A stretch of 64,000 nt of DNA from Klebsiella phage N1M2. Positions 57,801-64,000 of this stretch are shown piece by piece. The translations under genes were made by a program, and so were the position numbers. Where the stretch lies: the sequence record MN642089.1. The stretch is one strand, 5' to 3'. The notes under the pieces are model-generated. The model had not been told where the DNA came from and searched no databases. It saw only the letters and a list, made by a program, of their open reading frames with translations. Position 1 is the stretch's first letter. The number at the start of each line of letters is the position of its first letter.

Positions 57801-59234
57801 TCCTCAGCCCAAGCTTGTGAAGAGGTTAACCCAGTTCACCAAGTTAAGCAACAAGAGGAAGTTACTTTCGGTGGTTCATTGGGTCGTAGTGATCGTGCAA
57901 TGGTTCGTCGTACTCGTGGTCAATTACCTAACTATGAAGGGATTATCTCTGAGGCAGGTAAAGACTCCGGTAAAGTTGGTTTCATTAGTTACCTAACTTC
58001 TGATGCCAAGATCGTTGACCTTTATGGTAACATTAACGTTAAAGAGAAAACAACCAACACTGGTCGTGGCTCTGTCGTTATGAACTTACTGTACGGTACA
58101 ACGAAGGACGATACCAAACGTACTCTGTTCTCTGGTGTTCAGCAGTCTCAGGTTATGGCTGCGGATAACTACGTGATGAACCCGCTGCGTACTTCTTATG
58201 ATACCGTTCTTGCTTATCGTACTTCTGAACTTTATTCTTCTGTTGCAAAACAAAATGGTAAAGTGACTGAAGTTACTGCTTATGGCATGAAAGTTGAATA
58301 TGAAGATGGTTCCGAAGATAAGTTCCCATTAGGTTATGAGATTGGTAAAGGTGCTGGTGAATATCATAAGCACATGAAAATTACCGACTTCAAAGTTGGG
58401 GATAAGTTTGAGAAGGGAACTATTGTAGCGTGGGATGAGATGTTCTTTGCACGAGACAACATTGATCCGACTCGCGTTGTGTGGAAAGCTGGTGCGATTG
58501 CTCGTATTGCATTGATTGAAGACCAGTTCACCTTTGAGGACTCCATCGGTATCGTTAAAGGTTTTGCTGAAGCTTCGACTTCTCCATTCCTTAAACCGAA
58601 TGATTTCAAAGTAGAAGCTGTTCAATCTATCAAGATGCATGTGAAGGTTGGTGATACTGTTGAGTACGATCAGATCCTATGTGACATCGAGAACCCGGTC
58701 TCGGCTGTATTCGAAGCTGATGATAGTGGTGATTTTGATGGTCTTGATCGTGCGGGTATTAAACAGATCAAAGCTAAACAGTCTGGGGTGATCTCTAAAA
58801 TTGAAGTTGTTTATAACGGCGACATCGATGGTTGGAGTGAATCTCTTCGTTCCTTTATTAACAAGCAAAATGGGATTCGTTCTAAAGTAGCTAGTTATAA
58901 AGTGAATGCCGCTACAACTGGTAACGTTGGTGGTAACACTTCGGTTGGTAAATCTAAAGTGTATCCTGATACTGCTGTTGTTTATATTTATATCGACAAC
59001 AAGATCAAAACCACTACTGCAGATAAGTTCGTAGTTGGTAACCAGATGAAAGGCACTGTTGGGTTTATCTATGAACACCCAATCTACACTACCGACGGTC
59101 GTCCTGTAGATATTACGTTCTCTCTTAAATCACTACTGAACCGAATGGTACTTAGTCTTCGTGACAAGTTGGTAGCGAATGAAGTGAACAACGTTTATAC
59201 AGAACGCATGGTTTCGAAATACGGAAAATATTAA
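54894..59234 (+). CDS. multisubunit RNA polymerase beta-subunit homolog (N-terminus to GRHGNKG-region) with ~100-aa acidic insertion
   Basis: DGTFTINGVKSYMQL (cf. KGTFIINGAERVIVSQL), FGGSLGRSDRAMVRRTRGQLPNYEGIISEAGKDSGKVGFISYL (cf. Rif-region [43 protein letters not shown]), TFEDSIGI (cf. NFEDSILV), DKFVVGNQMKGTVGF...GRPVDITFS (cf. DKMAGRHGNKGVISK...GTPVDIVLN); start overlaps upstream stop (TAATG). Confidence 0.8.
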   Translation: MFKEPIIIDGSEAMQYNMFVKLYGTREKTNDITNPRYTPVGDIMLPRNSLIHYQQQHPGEIGPSNTAPFISNFDKRINIYFNVNYETVLGVTKIENIQLSKIIKGYEGSHFIYSRARQYQTVIGKEGELLVNDLAVGQIPVVYKRRTVFTPYQKSYNEMYTLMDSVNEFAKFGRHQFIQIEMPRVFPTFKNLQLNFEKYKKFFNEDYEVVRYDKIPLQPFQAEQSFWLLDLYGILMGYEDAKYSLFNRLSDQARQQLEIIFTYNGMCWIVNLQNLINVLSYSDKPNDEKASSLKINYFKRFYLSLISLVTPISEGIGKVKDEEEDNGDDDQDGQSTRRETADDKSSEEGVPGKGTAVGDNSGGSSLADLYASTPRSDTLQNDAVRSEGTQADTEAHDPVADASDEEDDVDQDSWGQDVPDELFERATVENVSLTVAQAASPTSTISRQLTELSRNGQLTSKEKDFYERAANSYHDIEFGGHTLAEIVDIKPEDMVLKDTSIAPDSIVITDKSALKSRTELLSDEYIKNIHQRNILEMILHVQNGGTALTDLEVERTITADSKYDVYTMKFQRVKGGQSTRRMRLPVVEEDGTFTINGVKSYMQLMRMELPIRKISPTKVALTSYYDKKVMVERSTKKVDDYARWLKSSIIERSYVDKTLQVGLGGFKPPKEEVCYYYSVLASRFKTVITPEYHFDFDTVSLVDGKRELAKLCNTNSWLIGFKGEHPILIDSTGLITVDGAEQGYIEEILGLNISKAPIPTATVNINGYHFPAIVVLSYWIGFSNVLKALKAQYRTVDPDQRPNLGADEYMVQLADERLIFNRRDELTTLVMSGLRKLNNLSNFSRSNLDDPNIWFGLVGDQRVKPSHFKEMTMLYDMFIDPITMRLLEKFKYPVVMDKLIIEAVKLMLSNESKHEIEITEQRFVGYERFAGHVYREMVKATRQARNKPNNGKVTFDLNPEAVMMNIITDSSAQACEEVNPVHQVKQQEEVTFGGSLGRSDRAMVRRTRGQLPNYEGIISEAGKDSGKVGFISYLTSDAKIVDLYGNINVKEKTTNTGRGSVVMNLLYGTTKDDTKRTLFSGVQQSQVMAADNYVMNPLRTSYDTVLAYRTSELYSSVAKQNGKVTEVTAYGMKVEYEDGSEDKFPLGYEIGKGAGEYHKHMKITDFKVGDKFEKGTIVAWDEMFFARDNIDPTRVVWKAGAIARIALIEDQFTFEDSIGIVKGFAEASTSPFLKPNDFKVEAVQSIKMHVKVGDTVEYDQILCDIENPVSAVFEADDSGDFDGLDRAGIKQIKAKQSGVISKIEVVYNGDIDGWSESLRSFINKQNGIRSKVASYKVNAATTGNVGGNTSVGKSKVYPDTAVVYIYIDNKIKTTTADKFVVGNQMKGTVGFIYEHPIYTTDGRPVDITFSLKSLLNRMVLSLRDKLVANEVNNVYTERMVSKYGKY

Positions 59235-59236
59235 AA

Positions 59237-60103
59237 ATGGCTAATAGTAACACTGATGTATTCGCAATTAAAACATTGCAATCATTGTTACGAGAGCTTT
59301 CCCTATATAAAGGCCGCATTGACGGCCTTTTTGGGCAAGGTTGTCGTGATGCATTTAAATTGATGTTGCAAACTCATACTCCTAGTTTCAACACCACTCT
59401 CTATCAAGGTAGCTATGATGCAAGTCAAGTCTTTACTCTGGTTCAGACTGGTTTGGCTGCTGTTGGTCTATATACCCGTCGTATTGATGGTATCTGGGGT
59501 AGCGGCACTATGGATGGTTTCAATGAGCTTGTTGAATTCTATCGCAAAGCCAAAGGTCTCCCAACGTACTGGTTTGCGTGGTCTGGGCATCCGAATGTCC
59601 CGGCGGCAGGTGTCGAGAATTATAAAGAATGGGTGATGCATTGGGGCAAACCTGCCGATCACACTTCCTTTATTCTCAGCTGTAATGCATTAGAAACTGG
59701 TCGTACTTTTAATCCTGCTATCCGTAACCCTAAATCTGGAGCAGTTGGCTTGATTCAATTCATGCCTAAAACTACTGCACCTGATCTGGGGACTACAGCA
59801 GATGCTCTTGCTAAAATGACTTTTGTTGAGCAACAAGAGTATGTCTTCAAATATTTTGAAAAGTACGGTTATATTAAGAAGTGCCAGCACCTTGAAGATT
59901 ACTATCTTTCTATCTTCATGCCGAAACTGGTTGGTAAGAGCCCAGATGAAGTCGTTGCTTCTCGTGGTTCTCTGACTTATTCCCAGAACGCTGGTTTCGA
60001 TGCCAATAAGAAAGGTTATTATACTGTAGGTGATATCGCATCTGCTATTAACCAGTTCTATTGGGATGGTCTGGATCCTAAGAACCGTAAAGTTATTAAT
60101 TAA
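59237..60103 (+). CDS. endolysin-like protein: two PG_binding_1 repeats + C-terminal lytic transglycosylase (SLT-like) domain; phiKZ gp144-type architecture
   Basis: IDGLFGQGCRDAF and IDGIWGSGTMDGF repeats; ALETGRTFNPAIRNPKSGAVGLIQFMPKT resembles SLT E-S/T...G-x-x-Q-F motif. Confidence 0.65.
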   Translation: MANSNTDVFAIKTLQSLLRELSLYKGRIDGLFGQGCRDAFKLMLQTHTPSFNTTLYQGSYDASQVFTLVQTGLAAVGLYTRRIDGIWGSGTMDGFNELVEFYRKAKGLPTYWFAWSGHPNVPAAGVENYKEWVMHWGKPADHTSFILSCNALETGRTFNPAIRNPKSGAVGLIQFMPKTTAPDLGTTADALAKMTFVEQQEYVFKYFEKYGYIKKCQHLEDYYLSIFMPKLVGKSPDEVVASRGSLTYSQNAGFDANKKGYYTVGDIASAINQFYWDGLDPKNRKVIN

Positions 60104-60130
60104 CCGTCTCAAGAGCATAAGGAAAATTAC

Positions 60131-60297
60131 ATGTCTGCTGTAGACAATATCATTACAGTTAGCAACTTGTTTGAAGTTGTTAGCAAAGTAAAAGAAAAAG
60201 TAGGTTACGAGTTCCAGGCTCCTTTGGAAGCTGATGAACAGAACGAAGTTACCTCTCGTGCTATTAAACAGAAAATCATGGAGAGCGTCTCAGAATG
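60131..60297 (+). CDS. small hypothetical protein (55 aa)
   Basis: ATG with AAGGA SD; ATGA overlap with next gene; below size cut-off. Confidence 0.3.
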
Positions 60298-61812
60298 ATT
60301 ACCCAACAAACTGTCCTGATGGCTACTCCGATCGCATTACTTGCAACTGAGAAAGGCATCGATCTTCATGATAATGTTAGTGACGTTATCAAAGGTCTGA
60401 ATGAATGTACCGCCAATATCCGTGGGTTTACTGAGGACAACATCGCTGTTGAACTTCCTGAGTTTACCGAAGCTGTAAACGAACACACCATGGTTCTGGA
60501 AGAAGCGACTACCATTATTGCAGAACGCATTCGTTCAGCTCTGAACCTGATCTCTAAAACTGTTAAGCCTATTCTGAAAGATGTTGAAAACAGACTTCGT
60601 TCAGAAATCGATCCAGGTAACGTTGCAGATACTATCTTTAGTTATCTCGATGTCGAAATGGTTAACATTGAACCAAGCTTCCTGAATAGCCCGTATTACC
60701 CTAATGCGATGCCTCAGAACTTTATCGATGTTCCGACCATTCGTCTTAACCAACTTCTGCTGGGTACGTATCCATCTCTGTCTTCAGAAGAACTGGTTGA
60801 CCTGATCGCGGTAAACGTAGACGACCTGACTGGTTTCTGGTCTAACCCAGAAGAAGTAAAACGTATTTATGAAACCTTCTTTGTTGAAAAGAACTGGTGG
60901 GAACTGTTTGATGGTTCTGCTATCTCCAACGGTTCTGCTGATCTGGGTAACTACGAAAACTACGCATTTAAAGCTTTCCGTCCTCTGGTTATCGGTAGCC
61001 TGCTGCTGAACAGACTGGTTGCAATGGAAGATCCGCTTGATGGCGTTACTGGTGTTAGCCTGGAAGATTATCGTACTTCCCTGCTTGTTACCCGTGATCT
61101 GTTCAACGCCATGCTTTATAAGTTTAAGCAGGTTTGGGAAACTCGTGCAGCTGCTGGCGTAGTAATCATTAACGATGGTGTTCGCGTTGAAACTGCTGAC
61201 TGGGGTAACCTAGTAGGTAATCAAGTACTGACCGGTAAACTGCTTGTTGGTTATAACAATGCCGTACTGGAAATGTTTGCAGATAAAGAAGAGATGTCTC
61301 TTACTGAATTTGCTGCTGGTTATGCTTACGCTAAGACTCGTGACTACGCAGTTAAAGATATCATTACTGATAAAGAAACTGTAACTGCCGCTTGGCAGGA
61401 ATATTGCGGTGATATGCGTACTGCTCTGGTAGTTCGTAAAGGTAGTATCGCTAAGCGTATTTTCTGTCAGGTTCTGGAAGGTCTGTACGCTAAAGAAGAA
61501 TATAAACCATTCATCGATATTATTGATGAACATATTCATCCGACTCAGCGTATCCTGTCTCGTGTTCAACAGCATGTTGACCTGGATCTGTTCTTTGCCA
61601 ATATCCCAATGCTGGATGCCGTTATTCGTGAAGAGAACTCTCTGATGAATACCGTATTGGCAGCTAACCTGTCTGATGCTTTCGATTCTCCTATTGCTAG
61701 CGAAATCTTGACCATCAACGCATCTATGCCTGCTCACTCTCTGGTACAGCAGCGTAAACACCTGTCTCGTTCCATTGACCTGGTTATCCTTAACAGACTG
61801 ATCAAACTGTAA
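60295..61812 (+). CDS. hypothetical protein (505 aa), likely late/structural
   Basis: ORF. Confidence 0.55.
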   Translation: MITQQTVLMATPIALLATEKGIDLHDNVSDVIKGLNECTANIRGFTEDNIAVELPEFTEAVNEHTMVLEEATTIIAERIRSALNLISKTVKPILKDVENRLRSEIDPGNVADTIFSYLDVEMVNIEPSFLNSPYYPNAMPQNFIDVPTIRLNQLLLGTYPSLSSEELVDLIAVNVDDLTGFWSNPEEVKRIYETFFVEKNWWELFDGSAISNGSADLGNYENYAFKAFRPLVIGSLLLNRLVAMEDPLDGVTGVSLEDYRTSLLVTRDLFNAMLYKFKQVWETRAAAGVVIINDGVRVETADWGNLVGNQVLTGKLLVGYNNAVLEMFADKEEMSLTEFAAGYAYAKTRDYAVKDIITDKETVTAAWQEYCGDMRTALVVRKGSIAKRIFCQVLEGLYAKEEYKPFIDIIDEHIHPTQRILSRVQQHVDLDLFFANIPMLDAVIREENSLMNTVLAANLSDAFDSPIASEILTINASMPAHSLVQQRKHLSRSIDLVILNRLIKL

Positions 61813-62549
61813 TGGAAATAGAAAAGCTGAAGAAAGATCGTGGGCGGATTGATTCCGCCCTTAAAGTCATGCCAGATGGAAGCGTGGTTGCTTTAAAGAA
61901 ACTTACAGTTTGTTTTCCTAAGCGTTTCGAACAAAGCAACTTAGCAGAAATTTCAGATACCGTCACTTGCATTTTAATGTTGGGTGTTATCGTTGGTGAC
62001 GCATACGGTTTCCTGGGTGGGATGGTTAAAGTTAATCTCCTCCCAGGAGATATCTATGAAGAAACAATTGGAAACGATCGTTACTTCATGCTTGAGTTTG
62101 AACCTGGTGATATTGTTATTGAATCGTTGACTGTTCCTATGGACTCCAACATCGGTTACTATTATTACCTTGAGTTCACCAAGTATGCTCGTATCCCATG
62201 GTATTTTGATGCTGCTGATTTACTTAGTGTTTATGATGAAGCTAAGTTCTATACTGGCAAGTCAATGGGGACAAGTAACCAAGCCATTCGCGTATTCTAC
62301 GCTTTGACTCAACGTGATCCTAAAGACTTAGGTATTCCGTTCCGTTACTCGTCAAGTCTCAAAGACCCAGCAGTGAAACCTCGCATTATCGGTATTAACA
62401 ACCCAGGGCAGTTGCTCAACTCTACCTTCAGCCGTTTGGCTTCTGGTTATATGTCTGACAACATCATCTCTGGTATTCTTAATCCTGATACTAAGGTTAC
62501 ACATCTGGAAGAAGTTATTCGTGGCCTTCCGGCTGCAGGTGGTAATTAA
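61812..62549 (+). CDS. hypothetical protein
   Basis: ORF, TAATG overlap. Confidence 0.5.
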   Translation: MEIEKLKKDRGRIDSALKVMPDGSVVALKKLTVCFPKRFEQSNLAEISDTVTCILMLGVIVGDAYGFLGGMVKVNLLPGDIYEETIGNDRYFMLEFEPGDIVIESLTVPMDSNIGYYYYLEFTKYARIPWYFDAADLLSVYDEAKFYTGKSMGTSNQAIRVFYALTQRDPKDLGIPFRYSSSLKDPAVKPRIIGINNPGQLLNSTFSRLASGYMSDNIISGILNPDTKVTHLEEVIRGLPAAGGN

Positions 62550-62550
62550 G

Positions 62551-63399
62551 ATGGATGAAATTAGTTTAGGTAATATCGTTCTTGCTCATTCAGGTAAGAA
62601 AGGTATTCTTCGTCCTGACGCTGATGGTCTGTATGAATTAAACGCTGGGGGTTTTAATATCCCCAACCATGCTGGTATTACCTATCCAGCTAATGAATAC
62701 ATCATCTCTCAGATCGAAGAGAACAGTGACCTTAACCGTCGTGTTAAAATGGGTTACTGCAAGATGGAAGTTGAGCACCCTGAACCATTTATTTATGTCA
62801 TTGAAAATGGTGTGAAGTATCGTGCACCTATGACTGACGTTATTCAGTGGATCAACCGTTTGCGTTCTTTCGACCCAGATCGTATCTGTGGTTTGATCAG
62901 TCAAGTTATTTGGCGTCCTGAAGACAACCGTAACTTATCCAAACCTATTTGGAACCTGATCAAATGTAAACCATTCGGTCCGCGTGGTCCTGAGTTCCAA
63001 GAATCTCTGGAAACTCCTCAGCATAACACGGCTGTTAGTATCCGTACTCAGATCTCCCCATTCCGTCCTGGTGAACTCCAGAAGAACGTTGAATACTGGA
63101 CTGGTTATGATTGGGTATCTGAGCCTGGTATGGTTCATGCTAACAAACACATGACTGCTGGTTGTGAATCCTTCTTGAATGATTTTGGTATGGTTGACAA
63201 CATGAAGAAATTCAAAGTTGCCGACGTTATCGAAAAACTTGATCATGCTCTTGCTACAGCAACATCTGGTGAAGAACTGGATCGTGTTGGTGGTATGGAA
63301 GCACTTGGTCAATATCGTGACATGCTGTCAGCGATCAAGAAGAACTACCGTGCTGGTGAAACCACCACTATGGGCGTTAGCTTTACTGATATCTTCTAA
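62551..63399 (+). CDS. hypothetical protein
   Basis: ATG 62551 right after upstream stop; six-frame ORF extends to 62521. Confidence 0.5.
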   Translation: MDEISLGNIVLAHSGKKGILRPDADGLYELNAGGFNIPNHAGITYPANEYIISQIEENSDLNRRVKMGYCKMEVEHPEPFIYVIENGVKYRAPMTDVIQWINRLRSFDPDRICGLISQVIWRPEDNRNLSKPIWNLIKCKPFGPRGPEFQESLETPQHNTAVSIRTQISPFRPGELQKNVEYWTGYDWVSEPGMVHANKHMTAGCESFLNDFGMVDNMKKFKVADVIEKLDHALATATSGEELDRVGGMEALGQYRDMLSAIKKNYRAGETTTMGVSFTDIF

Positions 63400-63406
63400 T
63401 TAGATA

Positions 63407-63434
63407 AGTAGGGGTCCTTCGGGATCTCTACTTA
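63407..63434 (+). terminator. hairpin AAGTAGGGGTCC-TTCG-GGATCTCTACTT
   Basis: stem with two G-U pairs, TTCG loop, T-rich after. Confidence 0.5.
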
Positions 63435-63502
63435 TTTTGTTATGCGTGTTTGTATTATACGTTACGTACTGAAAATAATTTAATCTGAAAAGGAAATAAT
63501 AA

Positions 63503-64000
63503 ATGTCAGAAGCTAAACCATTTAACCTGAATACCCTTCGTGTTGCTACTCAGGTTCGTGAACTCGTCCTCCAGGGCGTTACCCTGAAGAACACTCTGAA
63601 AGATATGCATGAAGTTTGGATGAGTTTGTACAGTGAAGATAAGAAATGTCTTATCGTTGAAATGCAAGCAACTAAAGTACGTGCTCAGCTGATTAACCTG
63701 TATGCCATCAAACTGATCAAATATGTTAACAGTATTGTTGGTCTGGATTTGGTTCCGCTGTCTCAACAAGTTAATCCAGCTTCTGCTGATATGCAGAATC
63801 GTGACCCAGCTACTTTCTCATGGAAGATGGATAGCATCCTGCTGAACATCTGTTCTAACAAAATCGACAACCACGAACATCTGTTCAAACTGTTGATGAT
63901 CAATCTGTTTGGTGTATCTGAACAGGTAATCGAATTCTCCCTGAATCCTACTTGGGATTCACTGCGCGATATCGTTATCAAAACCTACGATATTGATCTG
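63503..64000 (+). CDS. hypothetical protein, 3' end runs off window
   Basis: ATG with AAGGA SD; open to window end (not in ORF track because no stop). Confidence 0.45.
   Translation, partial: MSEAKPFNLNTLRVATQVRELVLQGVTLKNTLKDMHEVWMSLYSEDKKCLIVEMQATKVRAQLINLYAIKLIKYVNSIVGLDLVPLSQQVNPASADMQNRDPATFSWKMDSILLNICSNKIDNHEHLFKLLMINLFGVSEQVIEFSLNPTWDSLRDIVIKTYDIDL

Noticed and set aside
62551-63399. Possible RNAP beta C-terminal fragment (LAHSGKKGIL resembling GRHGNKGV)
   Set aside because: The GRHGNKG-equivalent region is already present at the end of the 54894..59234 gene. The remaining similarity is confined to a few residues, and no GEMEVWA-like block was found.
1-64000. tRNA genes, CRISPR arrays, integrase/transposase, prophage att sites
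   Set aside because: No tRNA-like T-arm/acceptor patterns were found in intergenic regions. There are no short direct repeats with unique spacers and no recombinase motifs. The window looks like a contiguous lytic-phage genome segment, not an integrated island.

Overview
The window reads as a 64-kb segment of a large lytic phage genome. It is densely coded (~85 CDS), gene overlaps such as ATGA/TAATG are frequent, and strand blocks alternate. I found no rRNA, tRNA, CRISPR array or integrase/transposase. My best identification is a phiKZ-like (Chimalliviridae-type) jumbo myovirus of an enterobacterial host. The evidence is: (i) a multisubunit RNA polymerase split into a beta-prime N-terminal gene with a DFDGD loop and a beta-like gene; (ii) a 2395-aa virion protein with a C-terminal GH19-like muralytic domain, resembling phiKZ gp181; (iii) a PG-binding + lytic-transglycosylase endolysin of phiKZ gp144 type; (iv) a GroEL-like chaperonin, as in phage EL; (v) NrdB and Tdk that are very close to the enterobacterial proteins as I remember them.

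- 1-6.5 kb (minus strand): nrdB, followed by a free-standing HNH homing endonuclease that carries a duplicated, recoded nrdB 3' end, then unknown large proteins.
- 6.8-27.9 kb (plus strand): an early/middle module. It holds a ThyA-like gene with insertions, DHFR, thymidine kinase, a HAD phosphatase, a metallophosphoesterase, a ClpP-like protease and a GroEL-like chaperonin. Many small membrane or secreted proteins lie between them.
- 28-44 kb: alternating-strand modules separated by a family of conserved GC-rich hairpins, plus an SF2 helicase.
- 44-64 kb: the giant PG-hydrolase virion protein, the RNAP beta-prime N / beta pair, an endolysin, and unknown late genes.

Two non-coding sequence families stand out. 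One is a ~25-nt AT-rich promoter-like motif (TTCAraCAk-ATATTAT-cww-AGTGtA) present in at least 9 plus-strand copies. The other is a family of GGGTAAGGG-type hairpins between convergent genes. All homology calls come from motif reading and from memory; no database search was possible.
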